This document shows positions 46,386-59,663 of a stretch of DNA of 64,000 nucleotides, one piece after another. The translations under genes were made by a program, and so were the position numbers. The number at the start of each line of letters is the position of its first letter. Position 1 is the stretch's first letter. Source of the stretch: Octopus vulgaris. Taxonomy: Eukaryota. The notes beneath the pieces were generated by a model that saw only the letters and a list, made by a program, of their open reading frames with translations, ran no database searches and was not told the DNA's origin. The stretch spans positions 32,674,001-32,738,000 of the forward strand of contig OX597827.1 of assembly GCA_951406725.2 (NCBI GenBank), in the 5' to 3' direction.

Positions 46386-46402
46386 AAATAATAAAGTACA
46401 TC

Positions 46403-46442
<40 letters not shown>

Positions 46443-46845
46443 CTTATTTTCTAGTCAATTATGTTACAAATAACATAAATAATAGATTATATCTCCGATT
46501 TCGTTCCATATATTATCAGCTTTTATTTTTCCTTTTCCTTATAAAACTATAAATGCTTTTTTGTTATAATAGATTGTGACTTCGATTTTGTTCCATAGGT
46601 GAGCGTTACGTATGTAAACCAAAGTAAAATGATATCATAGGTTATTCGTTGTTCATTTTCTGTGATTTATGCTTCATTTAGACGCGATGAACAGAGCACG
46701 TTCCGGCGGCCTTCTGAGTCATATTGTCACAACACAAACACATAACTATACACGCATGCAAACACACTCACGCTCACCTACACAACCACGCATGGACACA
46801 CACACACATTACTCATATGTATATATATATGTGTGTGTGTGTGTG

Positions 46846-47315
<470 letters not shown>

Positions 47316-47459
47316 CAATTATATATATATATATATATATATTGTTATATTTCGGAATGGTCATTTTGCCAGTTTAGCCAATAAAAACACACGCACTATA
47401 TATTTAGTGTTATTTTGCTTCATGTTATTTATTTTTTACATTAATCTTAATCTTGTTTT

Positions 47460-47503
47460 GGCCAGAGTTCTTTCGTCACACTCCTGTGACCGCATCAGTG
47501 GTC
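47460..47503 (-). ncRNA. Hammerhead motif with A9C substitution
   Basis: GACCA-CUGAUGC-G-GUCAC(AGGAGU)GUGAC-GAAAG(AA)CUC^UGGCC. Confidence 0.6.
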
Positions 47504-47834
47504 CTTTGCTTTCTTCTTTTTTATTTGAGTATCTCTCCTTACTAACCGTCAGCCATTTTGTATTTCTATTGTATGTGTCTTCATTTGCGCATGCTTATAT
47601 TTCTATGTGCGTCTATGTTTATTTGGTGTTGGGGGGATGCCTGTAATATTTGTATCTTCTGTTTATATATGTTCATGTAATTTATTATTGTTGTTTTTGT
47701 TTATTCTTATTTTGTTCATGTGTTTACATCCACTTATTATTATTATCATTACGTATGCTTGTATGTATGTATGTATAACAACAATACTAGTAATAATAAT
47801 AATAATAATAAATTTAAAAAATCTTTTAAATTAA

Positions 47835-48039
47835 AAAAAAAATCTTTTAAATTAAAAAAAAAACTTATATAGTTATTTATTTCTATTTATTTATTTATCT
47901 GTGTATTTTATTTATGTTTTCGGTTTTGTTTATATATAAACAAAACCGAAAACATAATAAATAAAATACACAGATAAATAAACAAATAGAAATAAATAAC
48001 TATATAAGTTGGTTTTTTTTAATTTAAAAGATTTTTTTT
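47835..48039. repeat. Zero-loop AT-rich palindrome, ~100 bp arms
   Basis: Centre GGTTTTGTTTATA|TATAAACAAAACC at 47934/47935. Confidence 0.9.
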
Positions 48040-48180
48040 GGAAAACACTGGTGGCGTGGAGAGGGGAGGCCGATATGCATGGCGACTGCCGGCCTTCCAT
48101 TAGCAACCTTGTCCGGACTTGTAACTGGAAGGGTAACTTTCTAGGTGCAATCCCATGGGCTGTGTTGTGACCGAAGGACG

Positions 48181-48226
<46 letters not shown>

Positions 48227-48323
48227 TTATAATACTATATGTGAGCGTATGTGTACAAGTGTGCGTTTGGGTGTATAACATATATTTATATGTAGTATTA
48301 TAGATGCATTTCAGCTTATCTTA

Positions 48324-48888
48324 CGAGGGTGAGTCAATAAGTAATGCCATTTTGTTTAGGACAGGCTTAATTACCAACACAGGAACATGTATCATACATC
48401 AAAATGAAGCTGGTCCTCTGTGGATCACATCCCTACTTCTCAACATAGTCACCGTTTCTCTCAATAGTAATGTTCCACCTTTGAATGAGAGCATGTATCC
48501 TTGACCCGTAAAATTCTGTTGACTGGGTTTTTTGGGGTTTTTTTGCGCCACTTCTTCACTACAGTTTTCACTTCCTCGTCCCTAGAATAATGTTTGCCTC
48601 TCAAACCTTCTTTCGTGGCGCCAAAGAGATGGTAGTCTGAAGGCTGTCTGGTGAGTGTGGAGGTAGTGAAGAACTGGCTCAAAGAACAGTCAACAGAATT
48701 TTACGGGGCAGGGATACATGCTCTCATTTAAAGGTGGACCATTGCTACTGAGAGAAACCGTGACTATGTTGAGGAGTAGGGATGTGATCCACAGAAGACC
48801 AGCTTCATTTTCATGTATGATGCATGTTCCTGTGTTGGTAATTATACCTGTCCTAAACAAAATGGCATTACTTTTTGACTCACCCTGG
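48324..48888. mobile_element. Mariner-derived fold-back element made of two 3' ends
   Basis: TA|CGAGGGTGAGTCAA ... TTGACTCACCCTGG|TA; left arm encodes PSDYHLFG..GLRGKHYSRDEEVKTVVKKW on minus strand, right arm VVKNWLKEQSTEFYGAGIHALI*RW..DYVEE on plus strand. Confidence 0.85.
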
Positions 48889-49312
48889 TACTCTCTCCCT
48901 GAAGAGCACGTACTGTTAATGGTGCTGTCATTTAATATCCAGTTATCTTATACCCAGTGCAAAACTGATTTGTAAGCTTATCTTAAATTGACGTATAATA
49001 TGCTTGGATTAATATTCGCAATCTGTTTACAAATATACGAGTGTATTTTTTCTGACTTATATATGTATGTATGCATGCATGCATGCATGTATATATATAT
49101 ATGTGTACATATGTAAATATAGTACATACATACATACATACATACATACATACATACATACATACATACATACATACATACATACATAGTGGCTGCTTTT
49201 TCGTACACGAGTAAAGCTATTGCTAGAAAGAACCATTGAAATAAGTCATTGATAATGCAATGCGAGGCCCTTATATAACTCTTGAACCCACTAAAGATTT
49301 GCATATTTTATT

Positions 49313-50015
49313 TCACAATGCACAGTTGTGCTGGCTGGCAGAAGGAACACTTGCCACAGTGTGAAGTCTTTCAACATGTCTTTTTAATGTTCCAACTGAA
49401 TGGCACAACTTTCCACAGGTTGCACATGTTCTCTTGTAAACAATAACTGCATCATAATTTACGAGGGGTCGATTCCTGTAGCTTCTTTGATGGCTGACCA
49501 GGCCTACACGACTCAAGCACTTCCTCCCACGAATCACACACATGAAAATCAATACCCCTTCATTCTCCACAGATTCGTTCTTTCTAAGCTTTCTCCTGAT
49601 CTCTTCCTGCTTCATTCTCTCTCTTCCAGTCTTCGAGCAATCACTGTGCACTCTTTCCCTCCATCTGTTTCGATCTTGTGACCCTCTCTCCCAATCAACA
49701 TCTGAAATTCCTGTTTGCGTCAACGTAGTCTTAAGTCAGTCTTTGAACCTCATTTCGGGTTTATGTGCTGGCCTTTACAATCTTTCAGCTCACCATATAA
49801 AAGCTGCTTAGGAAGTCCTTTATCATTTATTCTCACCATACTTTACAGAATAATCGATTCTACACTCTTACTTCAGCTTCTCTCAAGTCCCTCTACATCA
49901 CTGATCGACATTCCCCAGCTTATCTCAAGAATTTTCCGAAGACAATGCTGACGGAATTGTTCCAAATGCTTCAAACGCTTATGATAAATGGTCCACTTCC
50001 GTAGAGCAATGATAC
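49313..50015 (-). pseudogene. RTE-clade LINE 3' fragment with C-terminal zinc fingers
   Basis: LKHLEQFRQHCLRKILEISW..GEL..DWE..QDRNRWR..GRKCLSRVGLVSHQRS..CATCGKLCHSVGTLKRHVERLH; frameshifted. Confidence 0.8.
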
Positions 50016-50845
50016 CAGAACACGTGCTATAAACCCTAGCTTTTACAAACATATATACTTGCGCGCACACATATATGGACACCTTTATACGCGGAATTTT
50101 GAACGATGAAACTGAAGGAGACTGCGATTGCATTTACTTTAGAATCTGCTGTTTTAACCATCTCTCTCGTGCTAATGACATAATAAAATTATCCTTTCTT
50201 GATTATTATTTTAATTAGACCAATGCAAAATACGAAACCAATTACTAGCTCTGCTTAGAGAGAGAGAGTGGGGGAGAGAATAATAAATGATGTTTTCTCT
50301 AAGCAAACAATGTTTAAAGATGTCGATTTAACTAAATTGATCAATACAGCTGAGTAACCGTAATAATTCCATGGATATTTTGAAAGCTATACTATTTTTA
50401 TTAAAATTATTGAAAATTCATTGAAAGAGAATTTATCAAAAATAAAATTGTATAATTTAAGTATGGAAGGAAATCGAAGACATAATCTCTATTATATTAT
50501 TCTACTATCACGACATTAGTAAAGCGTTTACGAATCTTCGTACGTCCATATTTTCCATATCAGAGAAAAGTTCGTATCACTGAACTTGAACACACAAACT
50601 CAGTAAACAAAGTAAATCTATTACATATTGGCGCAAGTATTGCTGTGTGGTAAGAAGTTTGCTCCCAAACACATGGTTTTGAGTTCAATCCCTCTGCGTG
50701 GTTAGTATTTTCTATTTATAGCCTTGAGCCGACCAAAGCCTCGTGAATCGATTTGGTAAATGGAAACTGAAGGAAACCTGTCTATATGTTTGCATCTATG
50801 TACACACACACACACACACAAAGGAGATCGATAGAATTAGTACCA

Positions 50846-51017
50846 CACTAGCGTACTAGACATTAGGAGCGGTCCGCACCGGGCGGCACTTTTAAAGGGG
50901 TGGCACTTTGGGGTTTGCTGTAGACAGTATGTGTTTGTGTGTGTCTGTGTGTCTGTGGTCCGGGGACGGCAAACAGAAGGGCCACCTCGGGCGGCACATA
51001 CTCTAGCTACACTAGTG
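50846..51017. mobile_element. 172 bp TIR element with 6-bp TSD nested in a SINE A
   Basis: GTACCA|CACTAGCGTA-CTAG ... CTAGCTACACTAGTG|GTACCA; same terminus at about 22-76 on minus strand. Confidence 0.7.
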
Positions 51018-51984
51018 GTACCAGTCTTTTAAAAGTAAAATGTACAGGGTCCATTTGTTCGACTAAACTCTTCGAAGCGATACCCCAGCATGGCCGCAGT
51101 CCAATGACTGAAATAAATGAAAAACAAGAGATAATATATCATAATTCAAAATATTTCTTTATCAGTTAATCGTTCAAGGAATGATATAAATGATATAAAC
51201 GTTGTGTCTAAGAGATTTTTGTCTTTGATTTCGTTCCATAATTTATCAGCAATTTTTCTCACGGAAATCAATGTTGGGTGTCTAATAAGATTATGTCTTC
51301 GATATCGTTCCATAGTTAAGAGAATGTTTGTTTAAAACGTTACATGTGTAGACTACAAGGAGAATAAAACTATCGATAATTATTCTTTTCGCCTCCATCT
51401 TTCTCTCTCCAAGGCCAAATCAAAAGCTTTATAAATTCTTGCTCAAATTAGCGTATAAAAATGAAAGGTGTAAAACATTGGGTAGTGGAGAAAGGAGCGA
51501 AATAACTATAATTATCGTTCAATTAAATGAGGTGAAAGGGTGTTAGATTCGTACCAATTAGAACAAGGTGTACGATGCAACATTAGCTGCGGTATAATAG
51601 CGCTAAAATGCTTTAACGCGCAGCTGGAAATAGCAGCAAATTTTCCTTCAAATCATACACCACCATCTTAATTAAATGAGCAAGAATACTTTGAAAATTA
51701 CATTCGGTACTTCATGATGCATGGCCTTGGCTGTAATGGCTTGAATGAACTAAAGAACTTGATGTATAAAAAGACGTGTTGGTAAAAGCTGGAACACCTT
51801 TAATAATAGGTCTACTGGAAAGTGGAAGAGTGTAGCAATCTGTTGAGAACAGCAGATTCGGAGAGATGAGCCCTGGCTGAAGAAAAGATGTACCAAGCGG
51901 AGCCCATCTTTGCTCCTGGGATAGTATGAAGTACCAAGTTCACAGTCTTTAATTAAAACCGAAGAATTGCTGGATCGTTTAAAC

Positions 51985-52654
51985 CAATGGTCTTCAACCA
52001 TGTTTTACTCATGGACCCTTTCATCCTTATTTTACTCTACTGGACCCTCATACCCATTTATTGTTTTTAAAAAATCTCATAGCTTTATATGGTGGTGTTC
52101 TTAGGTTGTTGAGCCATTTAATGATGACTCCGTTCAGAAGGCTGTAATATCATTTGATAAAGGAACACGGTACAATGAAATCATAGAACGAGGCTGTAAC
52201 TTTAAATACCTTTACTCTCGGTCTCAAATATATACAAGTTGAAGAATAATGAAAAGAGTTTGATGTGTGGAGGCCATGCTCATCTTCTGTGTATTACCTC
52301 ATGTCTGCTAGCTGGCGAGTGTTGTATAGGAGAGCCAGCTAGGTCATGTCTTCACAGTCTGGTATCTTGTCGCGAAAAAGGAAGTACCAAGGCTTAATGT
52401 CAGCACCTAACCGCTCTTGCGCCATCTAGTTGCGAGCTTGTTTAAACAGCTGCTGTCAAGGGAGGTAACTACGCCTACTTAGCCACTCTACGTTTTAAAA
52501 ATCTTATATTTTTATAATCAAATATTATCAGGAATTGTATTAAAAAAATTAAATTATTTTGTGCATTGTAGAAATATAGCCAGTTTATAAATGTTAACAA
52601 TTACATCTTATATGGATCCCTAAGTGTCACGCGGACCCTGGTTGAGAACTACTA
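51985..52654. mobile_element. hAT/Charlie-like MITE with 8-bp TSD and internal insertion
   Basis: GTTTAAAC|CAATGGTCTTCAACC ... GGTTGAGAACTACTA|GTTTAAAC. Confidence 0.8.
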
Positions 52655-52999
52655 GTTTAAACTACGTAAATAAACATGAACAGAGCGATGTGCTGACAGC
52701 GAAGAAGATGGCGGTTGGATTGGGGTCAGATTTCATGTTGTCCGGGGAAAAGTCACGATTTTAGCTTGGGAAAAAAATGTTATTGGAGAAAAATGTCACA
52801 TTTTATTTAAATACACAAATATTTTGAATAAGTTATTAACCGACAGTGCAAGACTTGTTCACAGTCTATATATGATGGCATTGCACATATATAAGAATTT
52901 TTGTTCAACTTATTAAGCAAAGATAACGAAACAAAAATTTAAGTCATTTATTAAGTGTATGAGGTCGTACAGATGGAAAACGCCTTACATAGTATCGTG

Positions 53000-53845
53000 A
53001 AGGCACGTGACTTAATGGTTAGGGTAATGGGCACACGATCGTAAGGTCTTGAGTTCGATTCCCGACGGCGCGTTGTGCCTTAACCCCTTACCCGGCAGAA
53101 ACGAATATATGCGTTTTGACCAAAATCGTTTTTTTCTATCTCTGGCGAGTTAACTCGTCAAAAGATAGACTCGCCAAAATCGACAGCAAATGAGTTCCTT
53201 TGTCTATTATAAACTCTTTTTTGACATATACGAGCATATTCGCTCACTTTATACGTCTGGCAGGGACGATTTCTGCCACCTTTCGCTTGAGTAAGGCATT
53301 GAAGACCGAGTATGATTTAGTCACCTGGAGACAGTCGAAGGGTTGGAAGGCACATTTTATGAATAGAAGTATTCACTTTGTTTTTACGTTGTTTTTTTTA
53401 TACCTTTATATTATAACCCCCACCATGTCGATAACCAAATAAAATAACATGATTTTTTGTAAAAGTAATATGATTTATGAAAAAAACGGGTTAACTCGTT
53501 TCTGCCCAAAGCGGTAATTTAAAATCAATATTATTGAAATAAAATTCATAATAAATAAGGTTTGAAATATACCTCGAAATCACCATTCAAAACATAGTAA
53601 AATAAAACAATTAAAAAATATGTCTGAAAAAATACATTTATTTTCAAAATAATTGTTGGGTAAGGGGTTAAGCAAGACACTTTATTTCACATTGCTCCAG
53701 TCCACTCAGCTGGCAAAAATGAGTTGTACCTGGAATTCAAAGGGCCGGCCTTGTCATATTCTGAATCACGCTGAATTTCCCTGAAAACTAACTTAAAGGT
53801 ATGCGCGTCTGTGGAGTGCTCAGCCACTTGCACGTTAATTTCACT
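53000..53845 (+). mobile_element. SINE family C split by a piggyBac-type element
   Basis: Head at 53000-53083; body resumes with GCAAGACACTTTATTTC at 53672. Confidence 0.8.
53084..53667. mobile_element. Non-autonomous piggyBac-type element
   Basis: TTAA|CCCCTTACCC ... GGGTAAGGGG|TTAA; internal inverted motif GGCAGAAACGA / TCGTTTCTGCC. Confidence 0.85.
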
Positions 53846-54746
53846 GCTCCAAGAGAATTAGATATTTTTTTTAACCTTTTGATCCTATTCATATGGCTTT
53901 ACGTTCTGAGTTCAAATTCTGCCGAAGTCGACTTCGCCTTTCATCTTTGCGAAGTCAATAAAATAAGTACCAGTTGAGCACTGGAGTTGGGCGATGCAAT
54001 TGACTTCCTCCTCCCCTAAATGTACTGCTGGCCTGGAGTCAAAATTTGAAACCATTATTATTATTATTATTATTATTATTATCATTATTATTATTATTAT
54101 TATTGTTATTATTATTATTATTATTACCATCATCATCATTATCATTATAATCATCATCATCATCATCATTATTAAGAATTTCACCTTGAGGTTTGGTGAC
54201 GACAAATATCTCGTCAAGATGGAGAATATAAGACGGTACTATTCTGCGGGTCGGCAACGTGGGTCTCCATCTCAGTATCTTTACGCATTTCGAATGTTGT
54301 GCCAAGTGCACCAATTACCAAAGGACTGTTGTCTTAGTCTTCCGCAGTCTCCTCAGTTTCCTGTCTTGGTCCTGGTATTTCTCGTTTTTCTTCTTTTTTC
54401 TTCCATTTCTTTAGTATCGGTTCTGTTATCAAAGAGACTTACAAAGTCTAAGATCTTACTCTTTGTGTTTATTTTATCTTCTGTAATTATATTTGATCTC
54501 CTTGCTTCAATATAGTATGGCTAGTCTTTATGGAGAAATCTCATAAGACCTTGTAATTTTCATATTATTATTATTATTATTATCATCATCATCATCATCA
54601 TCATCATTATTATTATTATTATTACTTTTTTTTTCTTCTTTCAAATGTGCTTCCATTTTTTGCCGAGTGTCTTCCCGACTCCTAGGGCAAAGAAACTCAT
54701 AGTATACATTGGTAGGCCATTAAACCAAACTCAGTAGTTCGTTCAA

Positions 54747-54804
<58 letters not shown>

Positions 54805-54829
54805 CATCATCATTATTATTACTATTATT

Positions 54830-55153
54830 ATTCAGTAGTCTTATTTTTATCACGTGTTTTCACTGCACTACCGAGCGCAGCTCTGTGTGTCTTGCGTATG
54901 TGCTGTGGTTTGTTGTGATGCTCTTGTTTTTTCTGTATTGAAAGTGTTTTACGTAGGATGTGTGCAGTGCCTAGTAGTTCTATTTTCTGTATGTTATATA
55001 TATTTGTTAGTCCTGGTGTTTTTGTTATGTATTTGTGTGAATATTCTTTTATCATACCTGTTTTTAGATTCCACATTCGAGTTACCTCTATTTCCAACTC
55101 TTTGTATTTTTAAAGTTTCTCCATTTCTTTTAGAGAAATGTTGTCATCTGCTG
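54830..55153 (-). pseudogene. R4/Dong-like non-LTR retrotransposon 3' fragment (restriction-like endonuclease end)
   Basis: ADDNISLKEMEKL*KYKELEIEVTRMWNLKT..NIQKIELLGTAHILRKTL, short UTR, (TAA)n tail, trinucleotide arrays on both sides. Confidence 0.75.
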
Positions 55154-55413
55154 TTGTTATCATCATCATCATCATCATTATTATATGTTTAACTTTTGCT
55201 TTGCATTTGCACAAGTCGACTCCAAGTCTCACCCAGAGACCTCAAGAGACAACAAGCTAAAAGTTCATGTTGGTATTATGCCTAAGTTGTCATATATTCG
55301 GTTTTGCGCAAAGTATTGTTCTAGAGAATGTTTAAGAAAACATAAGAAAATTATAAGTTTGTTTTAAAATTTGAGATTATTATTATTATTACTATCATTA
55401 TTATTATTATTAC

Positions 55414-55496
<83 letters not shown>

Positions 55497-55955
55497 AAAT
55501 TCCGCCGGGTTCGACTTTGCCTTTCATCCTTTCGGGGTCGATGAAATAAGTACCAGTTACGCACTGGAGTTGATGTAATCGACTAGCCCCCTTCCCCAAA
55601 AAATATTTTCAAGGCCTTGTGCCAGAGTAGAAACAGTTATTATTTATGGTGGTGGGTTGGCAGGATGTTTAGACTATCGGAAGAAATTCATTGCGATATG
55701 CGTTTCGGGTTTTTAAGATTGGGGTTCAAATACTGCTGAAGCTAGCTTTGCTTTTCATCGCTCCGGAGTCAATGAAATGAAGTAATTGTCGAATACTATG
55801 GATCAATGATATTGACAACCTCCCCTCAAAATTGCTCGCCTTGTACGTAAATCAGGAGGAAAAATATTGCTATTGCATGGAATTATTCTAACCCTAACCC
55901 TCTCAGACCTGGGCCCCTCTGACTAACTTTACCCTCCATCTGGGTTCCTGAGCAA

Positions 55956-56014
<59 letters not shown>

Positions 56015-56085
56015 CGATAATGATAATAATAATATTAATAATAATAAAAATAATAATATTAATAATAATAATTATTATAATAATG

Positions 56086-56139
<54 letters not shown>

Positions 56140-56142
<3 letters not shown>

Positions 56143-56700
56143 GCCCTGATGCAGTACCATACAGTGGCTCTTATGGCTCCTGATCTTAACTGATTGGAAG
56201 TGTTATCATGTACATTGTTTTGTCTTGGTATAAAAGATGGGCTACAGCAAATATTCTGCTCAACACCACAGATTTGCTTGTCAGTTGTTTGATCTTAACC
56301 AGTTGAGCATGTCCCTTAGTGGCTGACGATATGTGCATCTCTGATGACAAGCAGAAGTAGTTGTGGAGCATCATAGCCATGTGTTGAGAGGAATTCTTTG
56401 GGGTTTGGGTAATTCACCCCTGGAAACATAGGTGTTTTATTCAACATTCTTAAACAAACCTTATTCAGGGACCTTTTGAGCGGGATTGGTTACTCAACCA
56501 GAAGAACATTCTAATTAGGTCCCATCTGCAAGGTCATGTGCTGTTTATATTGATATGAGATCACCATGTCGCTCACATATGGTTGTGATGCATGTGCCTG
56601 GTGTACCCTTATCAGACGGGTAGTCATGATGGGTATACTGGGGTTCGTATATTTTACCCCAGTGTCACTTTGATGGCGTGCACTGCTCTCTCAATCAATA
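56140..56700. repeat. Unclassified ~560 bp dispersed repeat (partial second copy 59981-60365)
   Basis: Colinear shared sequence from CCCTTAGTGGCTGACGATATGTGCATC to CCCCAGTGTCACTTTGATGGC; flanked by (AAT)n/(GAT)n. Confidence 0.85.
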
Positions 56701-56849
56701 ATAATGATGATGATGATGATGATAAATAGTTGTATTTCCAGCTTAAGAGTAACGATTGCAGCCAAACTAATGAACAGAACCATCTGCATTTTCTTTTTCT
56801 GTGTGTTGTTCATCACCGCTTTATTGGGAATCCGGCAGAGATGAAGTTT

Positions 56850-57055
56850 AACCTATTCCCGCTATGGCGAGAACACGGCTTGACAGAGTTAATCCCAGCG
56901 AATGTCCTTCACAAGCTGACCGATATATGTTCTTGGTCTTGCCGATACCTGGATGTCCATGCTTGGGTTTCAGAGAAGGAGATAGCTGGATATTTATTTC
57001 GACCTTGTTTTTCCAGTAGTAACCTGCATAACGTGGTCTTCTTTCTCTGTTTACT
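56850..57055 (-). pseudogene. RTE/RTEX-like LINE 3' relic
   Basis: RERRPRYAGYYWKNKVE..PKHGH resembles RRLRFAGH.WR..W.PKHG. Confidence 0.5.
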
Positions 57056-57090
57056 TTAAGAATGAGAACCCAAGTTCGAAATTTCCCCAA

Positions 57091-57136
57091 GACACCTGAT
57101 GAAGGCTGGAGGGTATATCAGCCGAAACTTTGTGTT
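57091..57136 (+). ncRNA. Hammerhead of the SINE-like family, core intact, palindrome broken
   Basis: GACAC-CUGAUGA-A-GGCUG(GAGGGUAUAU)CAGCC-GAAAC-UUU-GUGUU. Confidence 0.65.
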
Positions 57137-57309
57137 AACAACAAACAAGATGAGGACAAATATCCGTCAAATGTAAATAATGTACATAATTCCTCATCTC
57201 TTAAATATAGAACTGTACCGAGGTAATGGATGGATATTTTGGCGTGGAAGAGTTGAATTGGTGCGGATTGATGAGCCTAGCACAATTAAAATGAAAAAAA
57301 AGTATATAA

Positions 57310-57705
57310 GGCGCAGGAGTGGCTGTGTGGTAAGAAGCTTTCTTCCCAACCACATGGTTCCGGGCTCTTGGCCAAGTGTCTTCTACTATAGTTTTGGGCC
57401 GACCAAAGCCTTGTGAATGGATTTGGTAGACGGAAACTAAAAGAAGCCCGTCGCGCGCGCGTGTGTGTGTGTGTGTATGTGCGTGCGTGTATGTATTTGT
57501 GTGTCTGTGTTTGTCCCCTTCCCACCGTCGCTTGACATCCGACGTTGGTGTGTTTACGTCACCGTAACTTAGCGGTTCTGCAAAAGAGATCGATAGAATA
57601 AGTACAAGGCTTACAAAGAAAAAGTCCTATGGGTCGATTTGTTCGACAAAAGGCGATACTCCAGCATGGCCGCAGTCAAATGACTGAAACAAGTAAAAGA
57701 ATAAA
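57310..57705 (+). mobile_element. SINE family A, near full length
   Basis: GGCGCAGGAGTGGCTGTGTGGTAAG head through ACTGAAACAAGTAAAAGA tail. Confidence 0.9.
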
Positions 57706-58014
57706 AATACAATTACGAAAAAAAAAAAAACCACCTGTGATCAATTACAGAAACGGAAACGTTCCTGAATGTTCTACAAACCTTTTTCAGAATGGTCGAC
57801 GACAGAAAAATGAATAGCGGAATTGGACAAGCAAATAAATTAATTTCAGTTCATGTGTAAATCAAAGAAAATGAGTTTGACAACTCCCAAGAGCTTATCT
57901 GAAAACAGATATGTTTTAATCTGCAAGATTCAGGAAGTTGAACAGAAATCAATCTACCTAGTTTAACTCGAGGTATATGTCAGTCACGTTTGATGTAGAT
58001 TCGATACTAAGCGA

Positions 58015-58099
<85 letters not shown>

Positions 58100-58987
58100 C
58101 GTGTGTGTGTGTGTGGTTTGGTTAATTCACGTTCCGCGTTTGAAAATGTCGCCAAAGCTTGTATGCCATTGTATATAGTAAAGTAAACAATGTAGTGAGT
58201 AAGATAACATTAATTAATCATGATTACGGCCGTATCAAGGAGAGGCAAACATTGCTAAACAATGCCTAAATCAACCAAACAAGAGCAAGGTCGATGACTC
58301 TCTCTCTCTTTATCTCCCTATACAAATGTGTGTTTATATGTGCGTGTGTGTATGCGTGTCTGTGTGTGTGTACAGAGAGAGAAAAAAACAGAGACAAGCA
58401 GATGTGGCTCTACGTTGTGCTTATGCTGTATCTGTCACCCACCACCGCATGACAACCGGTGTTGGCGTGTTTATGTCCCCGTAACTTAGCAGCTCACCAG
58501 CAGAGACTGATAAAATAAGTACCCGGCTTAAAACAAAAACAAAGAAAAAATAGCACTGTGGTCGATTCGTTCGACTAGAACTTCTTCAAGGCGGTGCCCC
58601 AGCATGGCCGCAATCCAATGACAAACAAAGTAAAGGGTATATACATACATGCGCGCGTATATTATTAGCGCACAAACAAGATTACGTTTAGGGTGATGGT
58701 ATATAAGTGTGTTTGGGTAGCGGGTACCTGTGTGTGAGGTTATTTGGGGTGTGGGGCTCGCCTGCCCTACTTAATAAAACTAGAGATAAGTCGGGGAACA
58801 GGCGGAGGGAGCGTGAAGCTTTGGCAAACCAGTCTTACTTAATACGCCAGCTTGTTGTGGATGTTGTCAATTTGAGGTCGATATTTTAATTCACCAATGG
58901 AAATAGTTTACTGGAGGGAATTTGGGTTCGTTTGTGTGTGTGAGTGTATGTGTCGTTGCGTGTGTGTGAGTGTGTGAGTGTGTGTGT

Positions 58988-59026
<39 letters not shown>

Positions 59027-59142
59027 TGTATGTGTCGTTGCGTGTGTGTGAGAAAATAATGTGAAATATAATATAATAGTCGATATTCCATTTAATGCGT
59101 GTATTTGTGCGCGCGTGTGTGTGTGTGTGTGTGTGTGCATAC

Positions 59143-59173
<31 letters not shown>

Positions 59174-59607
59174 CATGTATATGTGTGTACCTATGCATAT
59201 ATATGTATGTATCTATATATGTATGTATACATATATATATATATATATGTATACGTATGTGTGTATATGTATGCGTATATATATGTATATATCTATATGT
59301 ATATATATATATATATAATGAACATACACCCACACACATACTATTTAGTTTAATCTCCCGCTGTGTACAATAACGTCCCTTCTCATATTTGATGGTTGAT
59401 CAACTTTCCAAGGCGATCGTGGTACGGATAGGGTCAATGACGTGGGAGGACGAGTGAAGGCGGTGGTAGTGATGGTGGGAGGTAGTCTGGAGATAAACAT
59501 CCGGGCATTAGCATCACTCGAAAATTTCCAGATTTCGTGAACAGTGTGAATAATCGTCTCTCACACTACCCCTCATTCCTTCTTCCTTTCTATTGTCCCC
59601 CCTTCCC

Positions 59608-59663
<56 letters not shown>

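Noticed and set aside
49330-49545. Host C2H2 zinc-finger gene
   Set aside because: Contiguous with frameshifted RTE-type ORF2 sequence, so part of a LINE
55887-55902. CCCTAA telomeric repeat
   Set aside because: Only about two units
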